The notes under the pieces were generated by a model that was not told the origin of the DNA, ran no database searches, and saw nothing but the letters and a program-made list of their open reading frames with translations. 61,714 nt of DNA, taken from contig JANOQV010000288.1 in assembly GCA_031414955.1 (NCBI GenBank), positions 1-61,714 of the forward strand. Direction: 5' to 3'. A program made the translations under genes and the position numbers. Positions 37,523 through 48,249 of the stretch are shown here, in pieces. The DNA is from Pedosphaera sp. (GTDB lineage: Bacteria > Verrucomicrobiota > Verrucomicrobiia > Limisphaerales > SIBH01). Within the stretch, counting starts at the first letter, position 1. Each line of letters opens with the position of its first letter.

Positions 37523-38399
37523 ATGAGTGAATCTATGCAACCCAAGGTCTGCGCCATCACCGGCACGGGCGGATACCTGGGCGGCGCGGTAAAGCAGTTC
37601 TTCCAGCAGCAAGGGTGGCGCGTTCTGGAGTTGACCCGCCACCCTGCGCCTGGCCCTTCGGCCTCCCGCTTCCAACTGGGCGAAGACGTCGCGCCCGCCA
37701 CGCTCGCCGGCGTGAACGCGCTGGTCCATTGCGCCTACGATGCCAAGGTGCGGGGCTGGCCGAACACTCATTCCACCAATGTGACCGGAACGGAGAAACT
37801 CTTGCGCGCGGCCCAGGCCGCGGGGGTGGAGCGGCTCATCGCCATTTCCAGCATCAGCGCCTTCGACGGCTGCCTTTCGCTCTATGGCCGGGCCAAGCTG
37901 GAGATTGAGCGCCTGGCCCTCGCGGCCGGCGCGCTCGTGCTTCGTCCGGGCTTGATTCATGGGCCAGAGCCGCGCGCCATGTTTGGCCAGCTCGCGGCGC
38001 AAGCGCGAAGGGCTGCACTTCTGCCGCTCGTGGGCGGCTCCCAGAAGCAGCACCTCGTCCACATCGAAGACCTGTGCGCGATCATTCATCGTCACGCCGT
38101 TGGAATGGGCGCCGCCCCGGGCCACCCTCTGACGGTCGCGCACCCCAAGTCCTGGACTGTGCGCGAACTCCTGGAGGCCATGGCCCGGTCCCAGGGCAAT
38201 CGGTTGCGTGTTATTTCCGTGCCGTGGCGGCTGGTGTGGGGGGCCGCTCAAAATCGCGGAAGGTTGCGGCTTCACTCTGCCCTTTCGGAGTGACAGTTTG
38301 GTGAGTCTGATTCACCAAAATTCCCGGCCGGATTTTTCTCCGAACGAAAAGGCCGGGATCATTTGCCGCCCTTTCGATCCGGCGCGAGTTCGTTGGTGA
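37523..38399 (+). pseudogene. NAD-dependent epimerase/dehydratase with an apparent frameshift at a G6 run (38238-38243)
   Basis: ITGTGGYLG and YGRAK motifs. The first frame stops at 38293; a plausible C-terminus (PLKIAEGCG...FRSDSLVSL..QN..PDF) continues in another frame to 38399. Confidence 0.7.
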
Positions 38400-38406
38400 G
38401 GGAACT

Positions 38407-39588
38407 CTACTCCCCGGTTTTTTGCTCGGTCGTCTTGAGCGTAAGGATGCCGAGGAAGAAACTCGAGAACACCACTTGAATGCCGAGAGTGAAGAAGGTC
38501 ACCGAGGGGATCACCATGCGCAGACTCTCCGAGTAAGACATTTCGCCGAAGCCGGTCTGCTTCCATTTCCAAACTGCTCCGGCCAGGAGTCCCAGTCCGG
38601 TGAGGGCGATGACCAAGCCGGCAACCAGTCCTTTCTCAAGCCCAAGCGAGCCGAGCAGCCAGTGGACATAGGAACGTTCCGGGAGCAACCCACGCATGGC
38701 GCAGTAGAGCCGGGTGAAGACGCCGAAGAAAAGCACCTGAAATCCCACCACCATCATCATGCTCCCCACGAGCATGGAATTGGTATCGAGCCGGACTCGT
38801 CCCACATGGAAGGAGCCGAAACTGAGGGCCACGAACAACACCAGTCCGGCCGCGAACGAAATCACGCCCGGCCACAGGAACAGCCAGCGCGGACAGAACA
38901 GCAGCATGAAGCGCAGATGCCGCCAGCCATCGCGCCAGCTCCGCAAATGCGGCGGACGGGAGCGGCCATCCTTGTAGAGCGTGACCGGGACTTCGCTGAT
39001 CTTGAGTTGCTTCAAAGTGGCGCTGATGACCATCTCCGACGCGAACTCCATGCCGGTGGTTTTCAACTTCATCTTCCGAAAGCCCGGCTTGGTGAAAGCG
39101 CGCAGGCCGCAGTGAAAGTCGGTGATGGGGCAACGAAAAAGAATCTGGCCGATGGTCGAGAGCGCGGGGTTGCCGATCCAGCGATGCTTCCACGGCATGG
39201 CCCCGGGCATGATGGTGCCGCCACCGCGCGGCATGCGACAGCCCATGATCAGTTCGTCACCACCGCGCAGCTTTTCCACGAAAGCATCGATCTTGGAAAA
39301 ATCGTAGCTGTCGTCCGAGTCGGCCATGATGATCCACTCGGCGCGCGCCGCCTCGATGCCGCCGCGCAGGGCGTTGCCGTAGCCCTTCTTCTCCACCCGC
39401 ACGACTCGCGCGCCCAGTTGCTCGGAGAGTTCGATCGAGCCGTCGGTGCTGCCATTGTCGGCGATGATCACCTCGCCGCGCAGCCCGAGCCGATCCAGGG
39501 CGGACAACGCCTTCTTGATGCACGGCGTGAGCGTTTCCGCCTCGTTCAGGCACGGCATTAATATGGTCAGTTCGAGTGTCTCGTTCAC
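38407..39588 (-). CDS. GT2 glycosyltransferase (polyprenol-phosphate sugar synthase-like) with C-terminal TM helices
   Basis: LMPCLNEA, ADNGSTDGS, MADSDDSYD, GMEFASEM, HLRSWRDGWRHL. Confidence 0.92.
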   Translation of the reverse strand: MNETLELTILMPCLNEAETLTPCIKKALSALDRLGLRGEVIIADNGSTDGSIELSEQLGARVVRVEKKGYGNALRGGIEAARAEWIIMADSDDSYDFSKIDAFVEKLRGGDELIMGCRMPRGGGTIMPGAMPWKHRWIGNPALSTIGQILFRCPITDFHCGLRAFTKPGFRKMKLKTTGMEFASEMVISATLKQLKISEVPVTLYKDGRSRPPHLRSWRDGWRHLRFMLLFCPRWLFLWPGVISFAAGLVLFVALSFGSFHVGRVRLDTNSMLVGSMMMVVGFQVLFFGVFTRLYCAMRGLLPERSYVHWLLGSLGLEKGLVAGLVIALTGLGLLAGAVWKWKQTGFGEMSYSESLRMVIPSVTFFTLGIQVVFSSFFLGILTLKTTEQKTGE

Positions 39589-39699
39589 GGAAAGCGCGGA
39601 CTATTGCGGCGAGGGCAGGCGGCTGTCGAGTATCCTGCGGCGGTGCCGGGGGCAAAGTTCGACTTGGAGCTTCGCCCATAAATGCCGCTGCGGAATGTT

Positions 39700-40401
39700 C
39701 TACCGGGCCGGCTTCCGGCAGAGCAGATGATATTGCGCGCCGAAGGGCAGACGCGCCAGCGGCGACTCCAGCCAGCGCATCCACTTCAGCGCGGCCGGAA
39801 ATATGAAATGAAAATCACCCCGTAGAATCTCGAAGCCCGCGCCGCGCACCAACCGCCGCGCCTCGAGCATGGACAAGGTGATGGCATCCCGGTCAAAGGG
39901 AATCCGGCTCATCACGTAGCGTGTCCCCGGATTCCATGGATTATTCTCCCAGAAGGAAAAAAAACCACCGGGTCGGAGCGATTCATACACACAGCGCACT
40001 GCGCCCGCCCGCCCGTCCGGCGGAATGTGATGAAACACACCGTTGCAGTAGGCGAGATCGTAGTCAGCCTGCGGCTGGTACGTGTCGAGGGTCTGGAATT
40101 TCGAATTCAACCAGCCTTGCCGCGCCGCGACTTCCAGGGATTTCGCTGAAACGTCCACCCCCAGGATGCGCTGCGGTTTCAGGTGCTCGAACAGAAACGG
40201 AATGGACGAGCCTGTGCCACAACCAAAATCGAGGACCGATTCGACCGGCTGGCCAAGCTGGCGCAGGCCTTTCGAAAGCTCGACCACGCGACCGAGAGCG
40301 AAGAAGTCCTTGGACTCGCCCGACACGGAGAGACCCTCAGCCAACGCCTCGTCGTAGCGCGCGGCATACTGATCGAATTCGCCTCGGGATGGTTCGGACA
40401 T
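39700..40401 (-). CDS. Class I SAM-dependent methyltransferase
   Basis: VLDFGCGTG, GVDVS, GVFHHI, LRPGG, ENNPWNP. Start set at ATG 40401. Confidence 0.88.
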   Translation of the reverse strand: MSEPSRGEFDQYAARYDEALAEGLSVSGESKDFFALGRVVELSKGLRQLGQPVESVLDFGCGTGSSIPFLFEHLKPQRILGVDVSAKSLEVAARQGWLNSKFQTLDTYQPQADYDLAYCNGVFHHIPPDGRAGAVRCVYESLRPGGFFSFWENNPWNPGTRYVMSRIPFDRDAITLSMLEARRLVRGAGFEILRGDFHFIFPAALKWMRWLESPLARLPFGAQYHLLCRKPAR

Positions 40402-41564
40402 TAGCGTCGGTGCAATCCGAGGATGCTCAGGAAGAAGCTCGAGAGGACGGTCTGAAAACCCAACGCCGTGAGCGTGGCACCGGGGATGACAAGCCGCATG
40501 GTGCGGGCATAGTCGAGGTGCTGGTAGTGGACGCTGCGCCATTCGAGAATGGCTGCGACCAGCAGCCCAAGCCCCACCAGCAGCGACACAGTCGCGACCA
40601 GCAACCCCCGCTCCAGGGTGACGATGGTGAAAAGCCGGCTCAGGCGCGGGTCTTCAGGCAAGAGTCCCTCCGCCATGGCAAAGGTTTTGGTAAAGAAGGC
40701 GAACAACACGGACTGATAGCCGCAGAGGATGGCCAGGCTGGCAAAGAGCAGGGTGTGGGCATCAAACGTGATGCCACGCACCGTCAGTCCGGGCAGAGCC
40801 ACGGCGTAGCCGACCACTCCGATCACTTCGAGCAGCAATCCGGGGAAGAGAAACAGCCAGCGCGGACTGCACATCAGGAAGAAACGCAGCGTCCGCCATC
40901 CATCTCGAAATGTCTTCAGATGCGGCCGGTGCGCACGCCTGCCATCGGGGTGGAGTGTGATTGGCACCTCGGCAATCTTCACCTGATTGAGGCTCGCTTT
41001 GATGATCATCTCCGTGGCGAACTCCATCCCGGTGCAACGCTGATTGAGTCCTTCGTAGAATTCCTTGGTGAACCCGCGCATCCCGCAATAAACGTCATGA
41101 ATGGGCGCATGGAACCACCAGCGTACGAGGAACGAGAACATTGGGTTGCCCCACCAACGGTGGAGAAAGGGCATGGCCCCAGGCTTCACCACTCCGCCGC
41201 CGGAAGGCAACCGGCAACCCTGGACGAGATCGAAGCCTTCGCGCAGTTTGGCCGCAAACTTCGGCACCTCCAGAAAATCATAGCTGTCGTCAGCGTCGCC
41301 CATGATGATGAAGCGTCCGCGGGCGGCGGCGATGCCGCCCATGAGGGCATGACCGTAGCCTTTCGCCAGCACGGACACCACGCGCGCTCCGTGCCGGGCC
41401 GCCAGTTCCTGCGAACCATCCGTGCTGCCGTTGTCCGCCACCACCACTTCGCCCGACAGCCCGGCCTTTTCGAGACCAGCCCGTGCTTTGTCAATGCACG
41501 TCGCGAGGGTATCCGCCTCGTTCAGGCATGGCATCAGAATGGTCAGGTCGAGCGTCTCGTTCAT
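40401..41564 (-). CDS. GT2 glycosyltransferase, paralog of 38407..39588
   Basis: MNETLDLTILMPCLNEA, MGDADDSYD, GMEFATEM, HLKTFRDGWRTL. Confidence 0.92.
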   Translation of the reverse strand: MNETLDLTILMPCLNEADTLATCIDKARAGLEKAGLSGEVVVADNGSTDGSQELAARHGARVVSVLAKGYGHALMGGIAAARGRFIIMGDADDSYDFLEVPKFAAKLREGFDLVQGCRLPSGGGVVKPGAMPFLHRWWGNPMFSFLVRWWFHAPIHDVYCGMRGFTKEFYEGLNQRCTGMEFATEMIIKASLNQVKIAEVPITLHPDGRRAHRPHLKTFRDGWRTLRFFLMCSPRWLFLFPGLLLEVIGVVGYAVALPGLTVRGITFDAHTLLFASLAILCGYQSVLFAFFTKTFAMAEGLLPEDPRLSRLFTIVTLERGLLVATVSLLVGLGLLVAAILEWRSVHYQHLDYARTMRLVIPGATLTALGFQTVLSSFFLSILGLHRR

Positions 41565-41576
41565 CGAAAGGACGGA

Positions 41577-43586
41577 TTATTGCGGGGCTTCCGGCGGCTG
41601 TCGAGTTTCCCGCAGGCGAACTGGGTCAAGAGGCGCGCGCAGACGGGCCACCACCCAGTCGCGTGAGCTTCTGGAAACACGGTGACGAATCCCGACGGTC
41701 GCCACGACTTCGGCCTCGTACTGCTCCAGCCATTCCGCCAGGCTCATCTTGAAGCGCTCGCTCAGGCCGACCGGGTTGATCACCACGTATTCAATGTGTG
41801 ACGCCCGCAGAGCAGCGACTGACTTGGACGGACCCAGTTGGTGGATGCGGCGCGAGCCGAAAGGCCTCCACAAGGAAGTTTCCGGGTCATCACCAATGGT
41901 GACAAGTCCCACGTCGTGGGCGCCAGCCGGGAGATGTGAGCGCGCCAGCGCCAGCGCATCGCCCCGGACGGCGTAAACTGTGTACGCGGCCGAGGCACGT
42001 TGCAGCCACGGCTGTTCCGTCCAGGACTGGACGAGGTAGGGCAAGACGGTGCGAGCCGGCCAAAGTGGACGGGAAGGATTGACCGCGAGTGAGAACAAGG
42101 CCAGCGCCAAAACCACGCCCACCCAGACTCGCCAGGGTCGGCTGCGGATAATCTGCTCCCATCGTGGGGATCGAAACAGCGCGGGCAGCAAGATCGGGAA
42201 AAACGGCGCCAGAATGCGACTGGGCGTGATGATGGAAACTTTCATCGTAAAAATGAGCAACGAAACCCACGGCGCGGCCACCAGGAGACTGAGGCCGCGG
42301 AGGCCGTTGGATTTCGGCGGGGCAACTACAGGACCGAACTTCAGGCGGCTCCAGCCCAGCCAAATAAGGCCCCCCGCCAGCGCCAGCCCAAGGCCGAAAC
42401 CAAGGCCCGCTGACTCTTCGATCGGGATTTCCACGGCCGACCAGGAGTTGGCCTCGAATTGTTTCTCGAGAATCTGTCGGAGCCAGGAAGGTAAAATTTG
42501 TGTTGCGCGGGCATTCCACCACGGGGCCCAGGGAAAAATTGTCGGAGTTAGGTTTTGTTGAAGCAGCAGGAAGGCGTTACCCGTGATACCTCCAACGACC
42601 GTCGGCACCGGCACCGCCTTCTCCATGTTCGCCCCGGTCCAGTCACCGCAGTGCAAATGATTCAGGATTAACGTCGGCAGGACCGAGGCCAAGGCGGCCC
42701 AACCTGTGATGACGGCGGTGAGCAACGGGCGCGAGAGCAGGAGCCGCCACACCGGCCAGATGGCCAGCGCCCATGGGAGGACCAGCAGCATGTTGGTGGT
42801 TTTCACGGAGGTCATGATACCGGCGGCGGCAATGGACAGGCACGCTTCGGCCATTCGGCCCGAAGTCCGGGCGCGCAGGGCAAAGTCCAGCGCCGCGAGC
42901 ACCAGCGGGGCGGAGAACAGGTCGTTTCCGCTGCCACCCGCCTGGAGCAGGAAGCAATAGCCCGTGGGCAGCAACCACATCCAGCACCAGGCCACGCGCC
43001 GCCGCACCCCCAGGCGCGTGAAGACGCTGAAGATCAATCCGGGCAGGAGCAGAAAGGAGACGAGGTTCAGCAGAGAAATCCCGCGATCCGTCCCCGTCAG
43101 CGCCAGCCACGGAGCGACGTTCCATTCGTAACCGCAGGCGCGGTTGTTGAGGCGGGCGTCCACCGAATCAATCCAGTGCCAGTTTCCTTGCGACAGCCAG
43201 TTCAGCAGCCGGGGCAGTCGATACGTCAGGCCGTCGTAGTTGTTCGGCGGATACAGCAGCGCGGAGAGCAGCACGAGCAAAGCGAAGAGGGCGAACGCCA
43301 TCGGCAGCAAACGGGAGCGCCGCCGCCGCCAGCTCGCGCCCAACCTCCGCCCGGCTGAAAGAGGGGCTGCCTGACGGCTGCGATTTACTTTCCACCACCA
43401 CGCGAAAGCCAGCGCCAATGCTCCTGTGGCCAGAACGTAACCGGCTCGATCCAACAGATGCAGCGCGGAAAGAATCCAGCCCACCGCGCCGAAATAAGCG
43501 CAGCACACAACCCACCAAGCGACACAGGAACGCCAGAAGTTCAAAGTGATGGGCGCGAAGCTAGGGGCCGTGATTCGCCGGTTCAA
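41577..43586 (-). CDS. Multi-pass membrane protein, probable GT-C glycosyltransferase
   Basis: Many TM helices; 'PPNNYDGLTYRLPR..NW', 'GNDL'; located next to GT2 genes. Confidence 0.7.
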   Translation of the reverse strand: MNRRITAPSFAPITLNFWRSCVAWWVVCCAYFGAVGWILSALHLLDRAGYVLATGALALAFAWWWKVNRSRQAAPLSAGRRLGASWRRRRSRLLPMAFALFALLVLLSALLYPPNNYDGLTYRLPRLLNWLSQGNWHWIDSVDARLNNRACGYEWNVAPWLALTGTDRGISLLNLVSFLLLPGLIFSVFTRLGVRRRVAWCWMWLLPTGYCFLLQAGGSGNDLFSAPLVLAALDFALRARTSGRMAEACLSIAAAGIMTSVKTTNMLLVLPWALAIWPVWRLLLSRPLLTAVITGWAALASVLPTLILNHLHCGDWTGANMEKAVPVPTVVGGITGNAFLLLQQNLTPTIFPWAPWWNARATQILPSWLRQILEKQFEANSWSAVEIPIEESAGLGFGLGLALAGGLIWLGWSRLKFGPVVAPPKSNGLRGLSLLVAAPWVSLLIFTMKVSIITPSRILAPFFPILLPALFRSPRWEQIIRSRPWRVWVGVVLALALFSLAVNPSRPLWPARTVLPYLVQSWTEQPWLQRASAAYTVYAVRGDALALARSHLPAGAHDVGLVTIGDDPETSLWRPFGSRRIHQLGPSKSVAALRASHIEYVVINPVGLSERFKMSLAEWLEQYEAEVVATVGIRHRVSRSSRDWVVARLRAPLDPVRLRETRQPPEAPQ

Positions 43587-43716
43587 TCACGAATGGACCG
43601 GGCCTGGATCAGGTGTCGTCCCGCCCGTCATCATTGGTTTCAATCCGCCCGGGCAACTTCTCGCATGGCCTTGCCCGCCGCATCCGTGGTAATCCGTGTC
43701 CATCCATGGTTGAAAA

Positions 43717-45891
43717 ATGAAAACACTGTTGCGCTCGCTGGTGCGCTGGCTCTTTGGCTTTCGCGCCTTCAATGAGGAAGTGCTGAAGACGCCCGGCCCC
43801 GTCCTGCTCCTGCCCAATCACGTCTCGTGGCTCGACTGGCTCTTCCTGCTCGTCTGCACCGACGGCGACTGGAAGTGCGTCGTCTCGCAGAAGACGGCCC
43901 AGACTTCCTGGCTGCATCGCAAGATCATGATCAACCGCCGGACCTTCCCCATCGACACTGATTCGCCCTACGCGGTGAAACACATGGCGGAGTTTCTGTC
44001 GAAGGGCGGACGGCTCGCGTTGTTCCCGGAAGGAAGGCTCTCCCGCACCGGCACATTGATGAAGCTCTTCGATGGCACCGGCTTCCTGCTCCACAAGACG
44101 GGGGCGAAGGTCATCACCTGTTACTTGCGCGGCGCGCACCGGCTGCCGTGCTCACCCAATCCCAACCGGAAGAAATGGTTCCCGACCGTCACGGCGCACT
44201 TCAGCCCTGCGCTGACGCCACCGCAGGTCGCACACCTCAGCACGTCGCAGGCGCGCGCGCTGTTCACCAACTGGCTGCGCGACCAGATGGTCCTGCAACA
44301 GTTCGAGACGGAGATGCGATTCGGCCCGCAAACGCTGGCCGAGGCCGTGGTCGAGACGGCGACGCGATTTCCGAAGCACGTCGTATTGCAGGATGTAACC
44401 ACGGCGCTGACCTACAAAAGACTGCTGGTCGGCGTGGATTTGATGGCGCGGCGGCTGGGTGCCGCACTCCAGGTGGCTCCGCTCGCGCGGCGACCGGATG
44501 GCCTCGCAGCGCGAGGCCAACCACCACACGTCGGCGTGCTGCTGCCCAACGTGAACGCGACGCCGGTGGTTCTCCTCAGCCTCTGGTCGCTCGGCTTGGA
44601 GCCGGCCATCTTCAACTTCTCGACCGGACCCGCCATCATGCTCGCCTGCGCGCAACTCGCGGGGGTGAAACAAATCGTCACCTCGCGCGCGTTCCTCGAA
44701 CGCGCCAAGCTCGATGTGGCTCCGCTCACCGGCGCGGGGATCGAGTTCATCTACCTCGAAGACATCCGCGCCCGCATCTCCGGCGGGGCGAAACTGGCCG
44801 CGCTGTTGAAACAAACCTTCGTGCCCGGCCTGCGCATCGCGCCGACGGATCAGAACTCCGCCGCCGTCATCCTGTTCACCAGCGGCTCCGAGGGGGTGCC
44901 GAAAGGCGTCGAGCTGACGCATCGCAACATTCTCGCCAACCTGCGCCAGATGCTCGCCGTCACCGACCTCACCGACCGCGACAAGATTTTCAACGCCATG
45001 CCGTTGTTCCATAGCTTCGGGCTGACGGTCGGCACGCTGCTGCCGTTGGTGCGCGGCATGACGGTGTTCATCTATCCGTCACCGTTGCATTACCGCGTGG
45101 TGCCCACAGTTTTCTATCAGGCCGACTGCACCATCATGCTGGGCACGAACACCTTTCTGAACGGCTATGCGCGCAAGGCGAACACCTACGACTTCCGCAG
45201 CCTGCGCTACATGTTCGCGGCGGCGGAGAAGTTGCAGGAGGCGACCGCCACGGCCTGGGCGCAACGCTTCGGTGTGCGCGCGCTCGAAGGCTACGGCGCG
45301 ACCGAGTGCGCGCCGTGCGTGAGCGTCTGCACGCCGCTCCAACCCAGGCATGGCTCGGCCGGACGTCTCATGCCCGGCATGGAATACAAACTTGAAACAG
45401 TCGAAGGCGTGACGACCGGCGGCCGACTCTTCGTGCGCGGCCCGAACGTGATGAAGGGCTACCTGAACGCCGACGCCAACGCGAAGTTCCTCGCCCTGGG
45501 TGGATGGTACGACACCGGCGACATCGTGCGCGTGGACGAGGAAGGCTTTCTCTACATCCAAGGCCGGCTGAAACGCTTTGCCAAAATCAGTGGCGAGATG
45601 GTGAGTCTCACCGCCGTCGAGGACGCGCTGGCCGGAGCCTTCCCGCACTATGGATTGCGCTGTCAGGTCGCCGTCATCGCGCGGCTCGACGAGGACAAGG
45701 GCGAGAAGTTGATCGCCGTGAGCAACGAAGCGCGGCTGACGCTCGACGAAGTGCGCGCCGCGATCAAGGCGAAGGGCCTGCCCAACATCGCCGCGCCGCG
45801 CGAGGTGAAGTTCGTCCACGAAATCCCCAAGCTCGGCACGGGCAAGACGAATCACCGCGAGTTGGAGAAGCTCATCACCGAGAAAGCCTGA
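43717..45891 (+). CDS. aas: Aas-like bifunctional acyltransferase / acyl-ACP synthetase
   Basis: NHVSWLD and FPEGR (PlsC-like); FTSGSEGVPKG, EGYGATE, YDTGD, GRLKRFAKISGEMV. Confidence 0.88.
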   Translation: MKTLLRSLVRWLFGFRAFNEEVLKTPGPVLLLPNHVSWLDWLFLLVCTDGDWKCVVSQKTAQTSWLHRKIMINRRTFPIDTDSPYAVKHMAEFLSKGGRLALFPEGRLSRTGTLMKLFDGTGFLLHKTGAKVITCYLRGAHRLPCSPNPNRKKWFPTVTAHFSPALTPPQVAHLSTSQARALFTNWLRDQMVLQQFETEMRFGPQTLAEAVVETATRFPKHVVLQDVTTALTYKRLLVGVDLMARRLGAALQVAPLARRPDGLAARGQPPHVGVLLPNVNATPVVLLSLWSLGLEPAIFNFSTGPAIMLACAQLAGVKQIVTSRAFLERAKLDVAPLTGAGIEFIYLEDIRARISGGAKLAALLKQTFVPGLRIAPTDQNSAAVILFTSGSEGVPKGVELTHRNILANLRQMLAVTDLTDRDKIFNAMPLFHSFGLTVGTLLPLVRGMTVFIYPSPLHYRVVPTVFYQADCTIMLGTNTFLNGYARKANTYDFRSLRYMFAAAEKLQEATATAWAQRFGVRALEGYGATECAPCVSVCTPLQPRHGSAGRLMPGMEYKLETVEGVTTGGRLFVRGPNVMKGYLNADANAKFLALGGWYDTGDIVRVDEEGFLYIQGRLKRFAKISGEMVSLTAVEDALAGAFPHYGLRCQVAVIARLDEDKGEKLIAVSNEARLTLDEVRAAIKAKGLPNIAAPREVKFVHEIPKLGTGKTNHRELEKLITEKA
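44470..44525. repeat. REPIN-like element (family B) inserted in-frame in aas
   Basis: CAGGTGGCTCCGCTCGCGCGGCGACCGGA..GCCTCGCAGCGCGAGGC..CCACC matches intergenic 47351-47418 (17-nt identical arm). Confidence 0.85.
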
Positions 45892-45894
45892 GCC

Positions 45895-46542
45895 GTGCCT
45901 CTTCACCCACCAGAAACACTTCCCGGCGCCGGCAAGGTGGCAAGCGTTGTCGTCTTGCTGGGTTTGATCATGGTTGTGATCGGCGTCGTGGCTGCGCTGT
46001 CGAGTTGGAGACAAGTGCGGGCCGCACGCGAGCAGACCGTATTGCCGGTGAAGTTGCAGTCCGGCCTGGAATTCCGCACGCGAGTCCGGACGTCCGCCAA
46101 ATGTGAGTTGGTCATCGAACTTGCATTGAGCCGGAATGAAGGAGTGCCGAGGGACTTGCTTGAGGAGGCGCTGACTCGGGAAACGAATGCGGTGAACATC
46201 GAATGGAAAATACGACAGGCCGGGACCATTTGCTTTTCTGGCAGTTCCACAAACGCGCGCAAACTTTTTACCGGCAGTGCCGCCGCCACAACGAAAGGCA
46301 TCGGACAATTCAAGCCGCGCCACGCTGGAACGTATGAATTCGAGGCCACTATTAACTCGGACCTGCCGGAATTGGAACGCACCCATCCGCGCATAATCAT
46401 CAGGCCGAATCGCGCGTTCGCGATGCACGCATCCGTCGGCGGAAGCATCAGCATCTTCGCCGGGATCGTTCTCGGCCTCGTCGGATTGATTTTGATTCTG
46501 CTCGCGCAACGCGAGCCGCGCAGCGTCGCAAGGCGAGTTTGA
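45895..46542 (+). CDS. Hypothetical membrane protein (N- and C-terminal TM helices)
   Basis: ORF fills the gap between aas and the hydrolase; two hydrophobic segments; codon usage less host-like. Confidence 0.6.
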   Translation: MPLHPPETLPGAGKVASVVVLLGLIMVVIGVVAALSSWRQVRAAREQTVLPVKLQSGLEFRTRVRTSAKCELVIELALSRNEGVPRDLLEEALTRETNAVNIEWKIRQAGTICFSGSSTNARKLFTGSAAATTKGIGQFKPRHAGTYEFEATINSDLPELERTHPRIIIRPNRAFAMHASVGGSISIFAGIVLGLVGLILILLAQREPRSVARRV

Positions 46543-46566
46543 CGTTGGTTCACGCCAAATCATTTC

Positions 46567-47319
46567 ATGGATGCATCCGAACAACTTGCCTTGCGGATTC
46601 ACGGCGATGCTTCGCTGCCCACGCTCATCTACCTGCCCGGCCTGCACGGCGACTGGACGCTCGTCTCCAGCTTTCGCGCGGCGGTGGGCGGGCGGGTGCG
46701 CTTCGTGGAATTTGCCTATCCGTGCCGCGCGGATTGGACGCTGGACGATTACGCGCAGGCGGTGATCGGAGAACTCGCGGCGCAGGGCATCAGCAGCGGC
46801 TGGATTCTTGCGGAGTCGTTTGGCTCGCAGGTGGCGTGGAAAATTTTGGAACGCGCGGATGTGCGCTTTCAACCGCTCGGCTTGATTCTCGCCGGTGGTT
46901 TCGTGCGGCATCCGGTGATCTGGGGCGTGCATCTGTTTCACCTGGCCCAGCGTTCCATGCCGTGGACTTGCTACCGGCTGCTGCTCCAGTTCTATGCGTG
47001 CTATGCGAGGCTCCGGCATCGGCACGCGCCCGAAACGCTGGCCAGCATCGGTGAGTTTCTGAGTCGCCGGACGAAGGAAGACAACCTCGCCATTGCCTCG
47101 CGGTATCCGCTCGTGGCCCGGCGCACCATGCTCCCAGTGTTCGCGTTGAGCGGCTTCTTCGATCCGATCGTGCCGTGGCCGATGGTGCATCCGGGGCTGC
47201 GGCGGAATTGCCCTGGCTTCCGCGAACGGCGCGTCATCTTCAACGCCGACCACAATGTCCTCGGCACCGCGCCGCAGAAATCGGCGGAGCAGATTTTGCG
47301 GTGGATGAGACCACCGTAG
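46567..47319 (+). CDS. Alpha/beta hydrolase
   Basis: [13 protein letters not shown] nucleophile elbow, DPIVP, ADH. Confidence 0.8.
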   Translation: MDASEQLALRIHGDASLPTLIYLPGLHGDWTLVSSFRAAVGGRVRFVEFAYPCRADWTLDDYAQAVIGELAAQGISSGWILAESFGSQVAWKILERADVRFQPLGLILAGGFVRHPVIWGVHLFHLAQRSMPWTCYRLLLQFYACYARLRHRHAPETLASIGEFLSRRTKEDNLAIASRYPLVARRTMLPVFALSGFFDPIVPWPMVHPGLRRNCPGFRERRVIFNADHNVLGTAPQKSAEQILRWMRPP

Positions 47320-47350
47320 CCGCGACCCGTAGGAGCGCGGGTGATTGGTT

Positions 47351-47418
47351 CAGGTGGCCCCGCTCGCGCTGCGAGCGGAGTGCCAGCCGCCTCGCCTCGC
47401 AGCGCGAGGCTTGCCACC
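47351..47418. repeat. Intergenic REPIN-like element (family B)
   Basis: GGTGG-CCCCGCTCGCGCTGCGAGCGG...GCCTCGCAGCGCGAGGC-TTG-CCACC: two internal palindromes in inverted arrangement. Confidence 0.8.
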
Positions 47419-47444
47419 TTCGCCCTGCTTCGTATCGTCTGCCC

Positions 47445-48233
47445 GTGAGTCCAATCCGCGTCACCATTTGGAACGAGTTCGTGCATGAACGCACGAATCC
47501 CGTCGTCGCGCAGATTTACCCGCACGGCATCCACGCCACGCTCGCCGCCGCCCTCGGGAAAGACGTTTGCCTCCAAATTTCCACCGCCACCCTCGACGAA
47601 CCCGATCACGGCCTGACTGAACAACGCCTCGCCGAGACCGATGTTCTCCTGTGGTGGGGCCACGCGAAGCACGACGCGGTGAGCGACGAGGTGGTGGCCC
47701 GAGTCCACGCGCGCGTGAACGCCGGCATGGGGCTGCTCGTCCTGCACTCCGGGCATTACTCGAAACTTTTCAAGAAGCTCATGGGCACCACCTGCGTCTT
47801 CCGCTGGCGCGAAGCCGGCGAGCGCGAGCGCCTGTGGGTCGTGAACCCGGCGCACGAGATCGCCGCCGGACTCGGCGAGTGCATTGAGATTCCGCACAGC
47901 GAAATGTACGGCGAGCCGTTCACCATCCCTGAGCCGGAGGAACTGGTCTTCATCTCGTGGTTCGAGGGTGGCGACGTGTTGCGCAGCGGTTGCTGCTGGA
48001 CGCGCGGCGCGGGACGCATCTTCTATTTCAGTCCCGGCCACGAGCTGTATCCGATTTACCATCAACCGGAAATCCAGCGCGTGATTCGCAACGCCATCCA
48101 CTGGGCCAAACCGCGCGGCCCGGCGGCGAACGTCCCGCGCAACGTGCCGGTCGAGGAAGCGCGGGAAACAATCGCCCACCAGGGCGCGTCCTTGCATGAT
48201 GAGCGGGGAACTCTTTCTGAGCGCCAGACCTGA
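47445..48233 (+). CDS. ThuA (trehalose utilization)-family protein, cytoplasmic type
   Basis: [58 protein letters not shown] start. Confidence 0.9.
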   Translation: MSPIRVTIWNEFVHERTNPVVAQIYPHGIHATLAAALGKDVCLQISTATLDEPDHGLTEQRLAETDVLLWWGHAKHDAVSDEVVARVHARVNAGMGLLVLHSGHYSKLFKKLMGTTCVFRWREAGERERLWVVNPAHEIAAGLGECIEIPHSEMYGEPFTIPEPEELVFISWFEGGDVLRSGCCWTRGAGRIFYFSPGHELYPIYHQPEIQRVIRNAIHWAKPRGPAANVPRNVPVEEARETIAHQGASLHDERGTLSERQT

Positions 48234-48249
48234 TACTGCCGTTGAGAAT

